From contig NC_043004.1 of assembly GCF_006345805.1 (NCBI RefSeq), positions 65,906,001 through 65,970,000 of the forward strand: 64,000 nucleotides of DNA, given 5' to 3'. A program made the position numbers and the translations under genes. Below the pieces are notes generated by a model. That model was not told where the DNA came from and ran no database searches. It was given only the letters and a program-made list of their open reading frames with translations. This document shows positions 26,865-39,891 of the stretch, piece after piece. Source of the DNA: Octopus sinensis (taxonomy: Eukaryota). The first letter of the stretch is position 1, and every line of letters begins with the position of its first letter.

Positions 26865-27050
26865 ACAAAAAAAACACAACAACGCGAGGACGTGGAACAA
26901 ATATAGTATTATTGGACGCTCAGGAAAGAAGGAAAGAAGGAGGGATTAACGTTTCGAGCGGAGCTCTTCGTCGGAAACTTAGGAGAAGGAAAGATGCAGA
27001 GAAGGGAAGACAGAGGAAAAAAAATCGCCAACGGTACACACGCGGTCACA
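26865..27050 (-). mobile_element. PLE-type 3' terminal fragment with hammerhead-like motif (copy of 330-540)
   Basis: Reverse complement of 335-535; ends at a (TA)n tract. Confidence 0.65.
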
Positions 27051-27748
27051 TTATACATTATATATACCTTATATACGTTATACATAGACATATTATTTTG
27101 TTTTCGTAATGGCTGTTTAATTTCTTAGTATAAAGTGTCATAGCGTTTCACCACTGCAGGGGCATTAAACACTTGGACATATATGCATGGACATATATGC
27201 TTATATGCACACTCAAACACAAATGGATATGAATAAATGTAGTTACACTTAATCGCCCTTGTCCTGAAATATGCCTATTATTAAGATAAATGTATTTGCA
27301 TGTGCGTATATGTAACTATAAATTGTGTATATGTCATTACAAATTGTGTACGTAACTATAAATCGTGTGTATAATTATGTGTTTTGTTTGTTTGTTTTTG
27401 TAATATATGCACGCGTAAATGATGTCATATATTAGACATGGCAAACTTAGTGGTAAATCTCGACTCAGAAATGCTTGTATGTTATATTATGTGTGTATGA
27501 AAGAGGCATCATATGTCAAAACATATGGTATGCAATTATTTACTGATACATACATACATACATATTTTCACACACAGTCAGGTACAAACACCCGCACGGA
27601 AGTAGGCACACACACATACACACATATAAACGCACAGACGCATATATTACCTTTTTCTATTTAGTTTGCAAGGTTTTTTGCGTAAATTCCTGTGTCGAAG
27701 AATATTTTATTGTATCTAGGGAGAGTCAATCTGTTTTAATGTCTTGTT

Positions 27749-27851
27749 AATTCACACACTCACGGGTTCGATTTCTACTCATTTACTTATTTATTTATTT
27801 TTCCTGTAAATAAGTAAATGAGTGCAAATTTAAACGGTCAGTGTGTTAATT
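27749..27851. repeat. Short imperfect inverted repeat
   Basis: cacact..actcatttacttattta versus taaataagtaaatgagt..agtgtg. Confidence 0.65.
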
Positions 27852-27899
<48 letters not shown>

Positions 27900-27960
27900 C
27901 AAGGATTATTGCGAAGTAGTACTGGCATTATTTTCATTATTTCATATATATATATATATA

Positions 27961-28014
<54 letters not shown>

Positions 28015-28159
28015 ATATACATGTATATGTATATACATGTTAGAACTAAACAGACACCTCATAAACACATCGTTTTATGTTTATTATAACTCGTAATGGT
28101 TTATATTTCTTATTAATTGACATTTTTCTCTTTCAGATTCTATTTCTGACTCTTTAATC

Positions 28160-29165
28160 ATGTCATGGAAGAAGCCTTGGAACTGTCTGAATTTCAAAGA
28201 GGCTTTATTGTGGGTCATTCCGAAGGTTGATATAGTCAACATAAAATCGCAGAAGACCTTGGGATACCGCTTTCTACAGTTAATAGAGTAATTGTACAAT
28301 TCACCAGAGAGGGGAAGGATTCCACATCGCCTTGTCCACATCAACCAGGGCCCTCTAACAGAACCCTTCTCTTTGCTAAGAGAAGCGTGGAGGATAATCC
28401 TCGTTGCAAGACCTCTGACATAGCAAAGCATGTTGATGTCAGTCCCAGAACCGCTGTCAGGTATCTCCACAAACTTGGTTATTTTGGCAGAGCTGGAAGA
28501 AGGAAGCCACATCTTTGACCAGCCAATATGAAGTGGAGAAATGTTTGGGCCAGTGAGATGGTGGAGAGGCCATTAGCAATTTGGGACACTGTCATATTCT
28601 CTGATGAGTCCAGATTTGCTGTATATCCTAACAGTGGTCGAGTGTGGGTCTGGAGACACTGTGATCAAGAATTTGATGTGAAAAGAATGCAACCAGCAAT
28701 GAAACACAGCAGCTATACTGTGATGCTCTGGGGAACAATTTGGAGTAAAGGTTGATCAAAGCTAGTGGCGTGTGAGGGAAAGATAAACTCAAATAAATAT
28801 GCATCCATACTGTAGAAAGGACTCCTTCCAAACTTCTCCACTGCTGAAATGATTAAAGAAGATTCTTCATTTATGGAAGATGGGATTCCTTGTCACACAG
28901 ATAAAATGACCCAAGATTTGTTGGGAATGAAGCATTATTATGGAAGCATTAGAAAGCTTCCATAGCCAAACCAGTCACCAGAAATGAACCCTATAGAACA
29001 CTTCTGGGGCATAATGGACAGGACATTTCATAAACAGAACAAGAAAGCATCTTCAAAGCCAGATCTTTTGAGATTATTGCATGAAACTTAGAAAGAAATT
29101 GCGCAAGAGAATATTCCCCATCTGATCAGTAACATACCCAATAGGGTGCTTGCACTGAAAAATAA
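28160..29165 (+). pseudogene. Tc1-family (DD34E) transposase pseudogene
   Basis: [69 protein letters not shown], with in-frame stops. Confidence 0.9.
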
Positions 29166-30271
29166 TGAATTTCATTCCTCTTAATCCTACCTCAGTTCAT
29201 TTAATTGTATTTATTTATCGCTACATTTCATAAGAAAAGCCTTAATTTTTTTGATATTCAATGTGAATTTTCGCTTCATTTGTTCTTACTCCCCCCCCCC
29301 CCCATATATATATATGACTCTTTGAACTAACCACGATATTACGTTCGATTGGGGGTAAATTGTTTTCGTTTATAACTCATATGGAGTGACATGGAAAATC
29401 TTCTACAATAATCTCGTATCTTTTCAACCGTTGTAAGTAAATTCAAGTACGAATGGAAGTGCTTAGAAACATTCTTTTTGCCGGGAAATGCCTTCACTTG
29501 CCAAATTCTCCATCATCGGTACATCGGTGCCAAATCTGTTTCAACAATTCGGACCAGGTATAAAATTGTTGCGTAAATTCTAAATCATATTTCCTCCCGC
29601 CTTTTCCTACGCTGCTTCAAAATGATCTTCCATGGTCCGACATAGGCCTGAACAACGAAATATCAAGAACAAATACAAATCACCTATACGACTAAACTTC
29701 CTATATAAATCAATATACTCTCATATATAGAAAGCAATTATGAAATGTGACAAATATAGTCGGAAGAGTATTTTTCTGTCGCCCATTACGAATACATAAA
29801 CCGTTGTGTATATTGGTAGAAGTTAGAGAAAATTAGTTTAGAAATTGTTAATGCAGTGTATACATTAAATCAGTTTAGTACTAGAATCTTGCAGAAACTT
29901 TTTCCAACAAGAGTAATCTATTATCTCTATACTGAGGAAGGAAATTTCAGAATCGCATTTGACTGGGTGGATCTAAAATGGTGCAATGCAGCTGCAAAAT
30001 TTACCTCATGAAAAAGTGATGTTAACTATTTGAAAATATCATTTGTATTCTTACCTTCCTATTTGAATGGACTTTAAATATGCCGACACACACACATGCA
30101 CCATTTCTACAGAGACACGTATGTCTTATTTTCATTTTCTCTACGAAAGATTTAGTTAAATATTTACATCAAACTCAGCACATAGTTTCTAAACCTGATA
30201 CATATTCTATCGGTCTTTTTTGCCATATAGCTCGGTTAGGTGGACGTAAATAATCCGAAAAGTGGTACACA

Positions 30272-30328
<57 letters not shown>

Positions 30329-30329
30329 C

Positions 30330-30541
30330 GCCATGATAGATCGTTAGCCAGTACACACATTTTTTTCTTTCCTTGATTCTCTACTATTTTTTTCTCTCCT
30401 TGTTTCTTTCTGTGTCCCTTTCTGTAGAAGAGCGTAGGATCGAAACATAAAATACTTTTTCTATTCCTGAGTGTTATACTAATACATCTGTTTGTTTTGT
30501 ACACCACCCGTCTTTGTCTTTTGTTTTTTTCGTAAACTCTC

Positions 30542-30545
<4 letters not shown>
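30330..30545 (+). mobile_element. Solo 3' end of the 34570-36490 PLE family
   Basis: ccatgatagatcgtt..ctttctgtagaagagcgtaggatcgaaacataaaa..gttatactaatacat..cgtaaact followed by (TA)n. Confidence 0.75.
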
Positions 30546-30581
<36 letters not shown>

Positions 30582-30600
30582 TATATATATATATATATAT

Positions 30601-30684
<84 letters not shown>

Positions 30685-31085
30685 GTGGTGTGTGTGTGTG
30701 TGTATGTTAGAAGAAATAAGGTATTCAGAAATCTGGATGGTTTTATATTTACAGATTTTTTTTTAATACGTCACATGTTTATATATATTATATATAGAAA
30801 TATGTTACAAAAAGAAAATAGAGACTACATGTGGAAATTGGAAATGTAAGAGGGAAAAAGCAGAAATGCACATTGGAAATAAAAAAAATGTAAAGGATTC
30901 TTATGAAAAGTAGCGATAGATATATACAATTAGACGAACTGAGGTAGGAATAAAACATTATAAAAGTCTTTATTTTGAATTGTTAAAGAGATATAAATGC
31001 CTACCGGTCTCGTAAATTTATATATATATATGTGTGTGTGTGTGGTGTGGGTGTGTGTGTATGTGTGTGTGTGTGTGTTTGTCTG

Positions 31086-31135
<50 letters not shown>

Positions 31136-31136
31136 T

Positions 31137-31437
31137 ATCACCGTGACCGATCAGGCTATCAGATGTTGCTACACATCGCTGGTCACAATGCGCTACGCAC
31201 TGTTTTAGCCTTCAAATGACGTCACCCCGCTGGCTAAGCGATCAGGCCAAGAGAAGAAAGAGTGAGAAAAAGTTGTGGCGAAAGAGTACAGCAAGGATCG
31301 CCACCACCCCCTGCTGGAGCCACGTGGAGTTTTAGGTGTTTTCGCTCAATAACATTCACAACGGCCGGTCTGGGAATCGAAACCGCGATCCAACAACCGC
31401 GAGACCGCTGCCCTAACCACTGGGCCATTGCGCCTCC
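31137..31437 (-). mobile_element. tRNA-derived SINE (family C), full length
   Basis: Minus strand has ggaggcgcaaTGGCCCAGTGG (A box) and GGTTTCGATTCCC (B box). Homologous to 47986-48272. Confidence 0.85.
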
Positions 31438-31672
31438 TATAAAGATAGACGAATTGCCACTAAGCTATAATTTAGAGCGGTAAGCTATAGCGGTAAGAGC
31501 TATAATTTTATTCACTGCCCACTTCCACCATGTTTTAAATAAGTCAGCTCTCTGTGGCTTCTGAGTTCATCTGAATCCTATTTCTACCATAAAATTATGG
31601 TACCTCCCAGTACCATAATATTATATATGTGTATTTACATACATACATACATTTATATATATATATATATAT

Positions 31673-31722
<50 letters not shown>

Positions 31723-32386
31723 TATATAATATATATATATATATAAATCATAACTCATGTGCATTCGTCGTTGTATCTATGGCTTCTCTAGACTGATGTT
31801 GACTATACATCTTCACGTGTAGTCTCTATGCTGTGTATGACTTTTTCATGAGACTTGCCGTTGCCGGTATGTATCCCTTCTTCACATTCCAAATTTTTAT
31901 TCGCACCAGTTAAAGGTCATAAAATTATTCAACTTAGAAACTGTCGTTACAATCATTGACGTAAGAAGTCACGGCCGGAAAAGATACCTGATAGGAAATT
32001 GCACACTTCCAAAACACTTCCGCTAATCCCCTACCTTGGAATATTGCTTTTGTTTTGTCAACTATAAAACAATGAAATGTAAAGATGCATTTTAAACCAG
32101 ATCCAAAAGAATTAAATATTTTGTATACACAACCCGCCAACTCTCTAGCGAATCTGTTCATTCACAGCCCTAGTCATAAATTAGATGTATGTATGTATGT
32201 GTGTATGTATGCATGTATGCATGTATGCATATATGTATGTATGTGTGTATGTATGTATCTATATATGTATGTGTGTATCTATATGTGGTATGAATGTTTG
32301 TATGTATATACGTACGTTTGTATATATGTATGTAAGTATGTAGCAATGGATGTATGTATGTTTGTATGTATACATGTATGTATGTG

Positions 32387-32663
32387 AAGTCGCGTGGCGT
32401 AGTGGTTGGTATAAGCTCAGAGCCGCAAGGTCGCAAATTCGATTCCCGGTGGCGCGTTGTTTCCTCGTGTGCTCCACTGTACTCAGTTGGCAAAAAATCA
32501 ATAGTACCTGTATTTCAAAGAAACGGCTTAGTCACATTCTGTGTCAGGCCGAGTCTCCGTGGAAATATTAAGTGTACGAGTGTCTGTGGAGTACTCAGAC
32601 ACTTCCACGTAAATTTCACTAGTAGACTGTTCCGTCGATCGGACCAACAGGAACACTCGTCTT
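32387..32663 (+). mobile_element. tRNA-derived SINE (family D)
   Basis: gtcgcgTGGCGTAGTGG..aattcGATTCCC head. Related fragments at ~38715-38800 and ~52330-52640. Confidence 0.65.
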
Positions 32664-32708
32664 GCTAGAGATAAAAATGTGTACATATATATATATATGT
32701 ATGTGTGT

Positions 32709-33246
32709 AAATATTCTATAATTATAAACATAATTATAATTATGGGTCACCTAAATGCTTCATCAACATACCGAATTTAGAAATAGGAGTTAAAAATTCT
32801 TTTTCTACTCCTGTAAGAATCTCCACGAGAGAAACACACATTTTTACATAGGCAAAGATAAAACAATGAATCAATGCGATACTGATTAGCTACATGCGCG
32901 TTTCAAGGTTAAAGTCTTATAAATTACTTCTCTTTTCAGTGTAGCATTTCCAATTATAAAATTTGAAAGTGCCAGGGCTAAATATTCCCACGATCGAGCG
33001 ACATCGTGCAACAGATTTCCACCCAACTCTTCCAAAATGTGCACAGCTGAATGTGAATACACTATTCATCCCTTGTTCCCGCGTGTATGTTACGAGAAGT
33101 ACTGCAGAAATTTGCAGTATTCTATCATGGAGTAAATTATAATTTCAAATTAATAATAAAAGGGTAAAATTAATCAATTTAATTAATTGATAACTTTACC
33201 TTTATAGGTAAAATCATACAAATATTCTATAATTATAAACATAATT
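32709..33246 (-). mobile_element. 511-bp unit plus 38-nt overlap, relative of the 600-bp array unit, with mutated hammerhead at 32889-32945
   Basis: aaatattctataattataaacataatt at 32709 and 33220. Shares cataccgaatttagaaatag with the array. Minus strand reads gctaca-CTGAAAA-..-GAAACGCGCA-tgtagc. Confidence 0.7.
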
Positions 33247-33853
33247 TTGTGTAAATTTTGGAAGTGTTGGTTGGATATCTGTTGCACGATGTCGCTCAAT
33301 CCTGTGCATATATATATATATAAGTATATAAAGTGGCACAAGGTGCCAAGTTTTGCTGGAAATAGCAGACGATAACCGTTAGACGCTAGGTAAACCTTCG
33401 CTGAATGTATAGAGGTAAATTGTGTGCGGGCGGCGAATATAAGAAATTTTCGTCTCACATATAGAAAAACCGCCAGAGAGTTGTATACCCTAGTACTCGA
33501 ATTTCGAACTTTTCAGAATCCGCTTTTTATCGTAAAACGGAATGGTCCTTGATCTACCGAAAAGGCTAAATTTGAAATATCCGATACACTAATTCCTGTT
33601 TACTCGGTCAATACAGAAACGAAATCAATAAAAAAAGGGTTATATAAATTCTAATTTTACAGTGCTTTATTTCGCTGGAAGAAAATATTGTATTTTAATA
33701 ATATTTATATTTTTATATGTATATGCATGCATGTGTGTGTGTATGTATATATAATATATATAATATATATAATATATTATATATATATATATAATATATA
33801 ATATATATATATATATGGTCATATGCATATGTATATAAAATATAATATAAATA

Positions 33854-33885
<32 letters not shown>

Positions 33886-34112
33886 ATAGAAATATTAAAA
33901 TTATTAAGTCTCTTTAAAAGAGATTACGACAGCGTTTCTGGAAATTAATGTTATCGCCATACTAATATGGCATTCTTAAAAATAAGAATAAAGCTGTCGC
34001 TGATTAGCTTCATGAAGCCATCGCCTCAAGCTAGCTACTTGACACACAAACTGCGTCCTTTATTAAACCTTCGAACAGGGGTGGTCAGCCGCTTCAACCT
34101 GCTAGTCCGACA

Positions 34113-34155
34113 GCTACAGACATGTTTCGGGGTTGTTGCCCCTTCTCAATGCAGC
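34113..34155 (-). ncRNA. Type I minimal hammerhead, U3:A8 core variant
   Basis: gctgca-TTGAGAA-GGGG caacaa CCCC-GAAA-CAT-GTC-tgtagc. Helix I extends through ggtct(a/g)ac/gtcggact. Confidence 0.75.
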
Positions 34156-34323
34156 GTAGTTAGACCTGCAGGTGACGCTACTGACCGTCTCTGTTCGAAG
34201 ATTTTAAAGAGACTTAGTAATTTTAATATTTCTATTATTGAAAACAAGTGGATGTATTCCACCGTAACTAGGAAAAATCTTCGAACAGAGACGGTCAGTA
34301 GCGTCACCTGCAGGTCTGACTAC

Positions 34324-34366
34324 GCTGCATTGAGAAGGGGCAACAACCCTGAAACATGTCTGTAGC
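34324..34366 (+). ncRNA. Second copy of the U3:A8 hammerhead
   Basis: gctgca-TTGAGAA-GGGG caacaa CCCT-GAAA-CATGTC-tgtagc; predicted cut after 34360. Confidence 0.75.
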
Positions 34367-34484
34367 TGTCGGACTAGCAGTTTGAATCGGCTGACCTCCC
34401 CTGTTCGAAGGTTTAATAACGGACGCAGTTTGTGTGTCAAGTAGCTAGCTTGAGCGATGGCTTCATGGAGCTAATCAGCGACAG

Positions 34485-34547
<63 letters not shown>

Positions 34548-34569
34548 TCATACATATATATAAATAAAT

Positions 34570-36490
34570 AACTACATCTATAGACTCCTTCCTCGACAGC
34601 ATTCCTCGACAGCATTCATCACTCCACTTTTACCACCTCCATTCACTACAAACACAGACTCACACTCATACCTAAACTTATCTTCGTCCCACTCCAAATA
34701 CACCAGGCTTTAAATCCCCTATTCCCAATTCCTCCGTCTACGTAGGCTCTGTAGTGACGACTATGACTTTGAGACTCAGTCTCAACTCATGGCTCGCCAC
34801 TTCATCCTACGTGGATACCCCCTCACCACTATCCACACTGCCTTTGCCAGAGCACGTTCCGTAGACCATGCATCTGCTCTCTTTCCCCCGAACCAGCCCT
34901 GCAGTCTCCCGCCTCCCTTTTCCCCTCACTTACCACCCCACCACCCTACCTCTCCCATGCACCATTCTTCGAGCTTTGTGGCATCTCCAGTCCGACCCGT
35001 CAACTTCACACCTCTTCCCTAACCGACCCCTCCTCTCCTTCAAACGAACCCATAACCTACGAGACCTCTTGGTCCACAGCTTCTTCCCCAACCCTACCTC
35101 CCAACGTGGCTCATTCCCCTGCTCCCGCCCACACTGCCGCACTTGCCCTTACCTCTCCAACACCACCCTCCTTACTGGCACCCATCATCGACCCTATCGC
35201 ATCATCGACTCCGTCACCTGCACCTCCAGCAATATCATCTATTGCATCACCTGCTCTCTCTGCCTTTCCCTGTACATCGGACAAACGGGAGGCCGCTTGG
35301 TTGACCGGTTTGCGGAACACCTCCGAGACATCCGCCTCGCCAATGACTCTCCAGTCTCACGCCATTTCCGCTCCAACGGTCACTCCTTGCAACACCTGTG
35401 TGTGTTCGGATTGTCCTTGCACAGAAGCCATCTGGATACACGCTTGTGCCGTGAACAGGGATTAATCTTCTCTCTTCGCTCTTTTACGCCATTTGGGCTC
35501 AACTCTCCCCTCTTTTCATCTAGCCTACTTATCTTCACTCCTACATATTTTCACCGCTACTCTCTTTCCCTTCTTTCTCTTCTTCCCCCTTCTTCCCTGT
35601 TCTCCCTCTTCCCTTTCTCTCTTTCTCTCTGCTCCCTCACTCCGCATCTCTCCCTTCACCTCTCCCACCACCTCCCTCCACCTTCCTTCATCCTCCTCTA
35701 TCTCCTTCCCACCCCTCCCCCTCTCACCCACTCCTCTCATCTCTCTCTTCCTCCTCTTTCCTCCTCCACCCTCTCACCACTTCCTCTCATCTCCCTCCTC
35801 CTCCTCTTTCCTCATCGCCCTCTCTCCCCTCCTATCCCTCTCTCCCCTCCTATCCCCCCTCCTCACCTCCCACTCTACTCCACCCTTCCCCCACTCTATC
35901 CAACCCCTTCCCCCACTCTACCAAAACCCCGAGCTGAATCCCCACCCCCACCTGTGCTTTCCCCACTCTCGCATTCCCCACCTCCCCACAACATCACAAC
36001 ACACCCCACAGCACGCCGGCCACACACCCATCCCCACATCTTTACCCCCACACAAACATACACATATCACATCACAACACAATACCCACACACCCGTCCC
36101 CACATCTCCACACCCACACATACATACACCCACACGTCCAGACCACCAGCCCTCTTTCGCACGCACTTACATACTCTCTTATACACACACGCACCTTTCT
36201 GTAGGGGGCATCTTCGTATTGGAAGTCACTTGTCCCTGTTATCTCCCCTACTGTCCCTCTCGCGTCTGACCACTGTCTGAAGTTAGGATGCCATGATAGA
36301 TCGTTGCTCCTACACGCATTTTTCTCTCTCCTTGTTCCTCTCCTTGTTTTTTTTCTCTGTATCCTTCTGTCGATGAGCGTAGGCTCGAAACGTAAAAGAC
36401 TTTTCTATTCCTGAACGTTATACTAATACATGTGTTTGTTTGTACTCCACCTGCCTTCGTCTTTTGTTTATGTTCGTAAACTTTCCCGTT
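34570..36490 (+). mobile_element. 5'-truncated Penelope-like (Neptune-like) element: RT thumb, Zn linker, GIY-YIG, C/T-rich 3' region
   Basis: TDSHSYL..IPYSQFLRLRRLCSD..RGYP; NLRDLLVHS..CSRPHCRTC..TCTSSNIIYCITCSLCLSLYIGQTGGRLVDRFAEH, with frameshifts. The 3' end has CTGTCGAT-GAGC gtag GCTC-GAAACGTA (36367-36394), then (TA)n. Confidence 0.92.
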
Positions 36491-36491
36491 G

Positions 36492-36525
<34 letters not shown>

Positions 36526-36564
36526 ATATACACAAACACACATGTGTTTGTGTGTGTTAGATAG

Positions 36565-36616
<52 letters not shown>

Positions 36617-37227
36617 TGTGTGCGTGTTTATGGGTGTGCGTATGTACGAATGTAAGTATAACTGTACATATGTATTCGCACGGCTATTAATCATTGATAT
36701 TATGCTGTAGTGAAAACACCCACCGCAGGCGCATAATTTGAATCGGACGAAAGGTGAATGCTAAGAATTTATTTGAAGGCTTCACATGAAACATGTTTGG
36801 CAGCATATGTATGAGATGAGAGATCTTATGTAGGGAGAAGAAGAATGGTTTAGTATGCCAGTCCATCATCAGTTTTTCGGATTTCTCTACATCTCCATCA
36901 ATATTATGCATGTCAATGTCACAGGTGGAGAATATGATATTAAGCTGAAACTTTCAGTATCATTGGCGAAAATTTAAATTCCAATATAGGCGCATATTTC
37001 TCAGCGACCATCACATGTAAATCCACAATACGCTGATACTAAATTTCGTTCAGCCACTTATATGCATGCGAAAGTCCTACTGTATGTACATGTATGAGAG
37101 TTTGTTAACGTGTGTGAATATATAAATGTGTGTATATGTGTATCTGTGTGTGTGTTTGAGTTCATGTTTATGAATGGAATGTGAAAATGCGATAGCATGT
37201 CAAATCATCAAAAACGGTAAATAAATA

Positions 37228-37367
37228 TTCGATCGCTTATTCGACGGATCCGGCACTTTTCTTGGAAGCCTTCGCCCGCTACTTAGGACCGACTGACCCG
37301 TACTCGACCGCCGTTGGCACGGAATCCTTCTCCATTTCGGTCTTCGAAGGTCTCGTTCGAATATTTT
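37228..37367 (-). pseudogene. Isolated 28S rRNA fragment (D7 region)
   Basis: Minus strand aaatattcgaacgagaccttcgaagaccgaaatggagaaggattccgtgccaacggcggtcgagtacgggtcagtcggtcctaag resembles the conserved eukaryotic LSU segment aaatattcaaacgagaactttgaaggccgaagtggagaagggttcc..gggtcagtcggtcct (recalled, not searched). Confidence 0.8.
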
Positions 37368-37379
37368 CTTCTGACACCG

Positions 37380-37497
37380 AGGCGTAGGAGAGGATGTGTG
37401 GTAAGTAGCTTGCTTACGAACTACATGGTTCCGGGTTCAGACCCACTGCGTGGCACCTTGAGCAAATGTCTTCTATTATAGCCTCAGGCCAACGAAG
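37380..37497 (+). mobile_element. SINE family A 5' part
   Basis: ggcgtaggag..gtggtaagtagcttgctt..ggttccgggttcag, as at 63454. Confidence 0.8.
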
Positions 37498-37595
37498 TTG
37501 AAAGGATTGAGAAAAAAGACAACTTCTGCTACGATCAACAATGAATCTACATTCTAAAATTTATCTTGGAAAGGAAAATGAACATAGAGAGTGGG

Positions 37596-37788
37596 GGTCT
37601 CTGTCCCTGTGAAATTTTAAAAAGGTGGCTGATAAACGCAAAAATACTTAAATGGATTAATACTAAACAACTTTTAGTTTGCAGTAAGGGTCTCTCTCCC
37701 TGTGAAATCTTAAAAATATGGCTGATAAACGCAAAAATATTTAAACGAAATGGATTAATACTAAACATGCACTTGTAGTTTGCAGTAA
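37596..37788. repeat. Two-copy ~95-bp tandem repeat
   Basis: ggtctct.tccctgtgaaat.ttaaaaa..tggctgataaacgcaaaaata..tagtttgcagtaa occurs twice. Confidence 0.85.
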
Positions 37789-38047
37789 AACATTTGGGTG
37801 ATGTCTCGTGTTTTTGTGGTCAGCATAATCATAGATCCCCGAGGGTCCTTTACAGGCAATAGTTGAAGATTCTCGTGTAACAAGAACACTGGATCATCCA
37901 TGCATTCAGATAGGTTTTATGGTACGTTCACTTTTGACTCAACTGACAAAGCTTTCTATTTTCTTTCGTCTCATATTTTCATGCACACAGCTACACAAAA
38001 TCTAGACTGACGTTCTCGTGTCAATCCCATCAATGCTACTGTGCCAG

Positions 38048-38107
38048 ATAATAATAATAATAACAACAACAACAACAACAGCAACAATAATAATAATAAT
38101 AATAATG

Positions 38108-38182
<75 letters not shown>

Positions 38183-38220
38183 TTGATAATGATAATAATA
38201 ATGATGATGATGATAATAGC
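38048..38220. repeat. (TAA)n/(CAA)n microsatellite
   Basis: Read directly from the sequence. Confidence 0.95.
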
Positions 38221-39277
38221 TGATCACGAGAAGGATTCATAGAAAACATAAAAAATGTAAGGGTCTGCTATCAGTGTACGTTCTGGGTTCAAATTCTGCC
38301 GAGATCGACTTTACCTTTCGTCCTTTTGGGGTCGATAAATTAAATATCAATAGTGTACTGGGGTCGATCTAATCATCTGGGCCCCCTACCCACAAAATAT
38401 TGAGGCCGGGAAAAGTATATTGTGACAGTTACAGAATATAGAACGTAATCTAACACTAATGACTATATAATCCAACCAAAATATCTCAGTTACACAAACG
38501 TAAATAGAATTACTATTTAACCTTAAGATATATCGCACATATTCAAAGAACATTAATGTGAAGATTGAAATACAAAATAACGAAATACTAAATGGATTTA
38601 TGAATGAAAGTTTGGTAATTACGTTTATTTCCACCATGCGACACTTATTATTGCACACATGTTTTAAGTATCCTAAACTATACACACACAAATACATTCA
38701 TGTATATGTTTCGAGTTATAGTTGTAATTCAAAGGGACCGGCTTTGTCACATTCTGTGTAAGGCTGCATCTGCCTGAGAACCGTGTAAATGTCATGCATT
38801 TGTGAGTTAATTTTATCCCCGTGTGGTAATGAAAAGTGAAATTGACAACCAGTATTTACTTCGTCTATGTATCTATGCATGGACGTTTCTTTGGATTTAT
38901 GTATCTGCTGTCTGTTTCACTTTCCATCTTACTCTTTAACTTCCTTTGTGTCCCTCTTCTCTCCCGCTTTTAATTGAACAATGTTTATATATATATCTAT
39001 GTATCTACTTCTCTTGCGATGTGATAAACATTTAAAAACACAGAACGAACGCAGTCGTCACTCACTGTCTCTTTCAGTGTCACTCTCTCTTACGTCCTCT
39101 CTGAGACATTTAAAAATACAAAACGAACGCTGTCACCACTCACTGTCTTTTTCACTTTCACTCTCTTTCTATCTTACTTCCTCTTTGTCCTCTTTTCTCT
39201 CTCTCACTTTTCCACTTTTTAAGAAATTGTGACGCACACAACAAGTAGGTACAAAAACAAAAAATAGCGTTTTAATA

Positions 39278-39425
<148 letters not shown>

Positions 39426-39530
39426 GATTGATAGAAATACTGAAAATAATAATTACAAGAGTAAGAAATTAATTAAGAATGACCCAACGTAAATCTCCAG
39501 GATGTCTATTGTAGAAGGGTTTTGAAAAGC

Positions 39531-39632
39531 GTAAAAGTGTATATGTATAGGTATATACAAGTAAAAGTGTATATGTATAGGCATATACATGTAAAAGTGT
39601 ATATGTATAGGCATATACGTGTAAAAGTGTAT
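39531..39632. repeat. 30-bp minisatellite, ~3.4 copies
   Basis: gtaaaagtgtatatgtatagg(t/c)atatac.. at 39531, 39561, 39591 and 39621. Confidence 0.9.
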
Positions 39633-39698
39633 GTGTATTTGTGCGTGTGTGATGTTGATAGATACATACAGATATTTGTATTACATGTATATATGACG

Positions 39699-39731
<33 letters not shown>

Positions 39732-39821
39732 CTATATATATATATATAAATGTATATATATATATATTATACATATATTCATATATATATATATATATAT
39801 GTATATACATACATACATATA

Positions 39822-39891
<70 letters not shown>

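Larger units (their letters stand above)
33885..34490. mobile_element. Fold-back insertion of the ~355-nt hammerhead element
   Basis: 33990-34205 is the reverse complement of 34274-34490, and 34205-34239 is the reverse complement of 33885-33919. (TA)n on both sides. Confidence 0.85.

Noticed and set aside
29330-29650. Possible pogo/Tigger-like transposase remnant on the minus strand
   Set aside because: Only vague similarity and no TIRs found.
31350-31437. tRNA gene
   Set aside because: A and B boxes continue into a repeated SINE body, with no clean cloverleaf or T-run terminator.
35493-36280. Long Pro/Ser/Leu-rich ORF extensions (470 aa and 258 aa)
   Set aside because: The C/T-rich low-complexity PLE 3' region lacks stops by composition; only the portion up to ~35510 is endonuclease.
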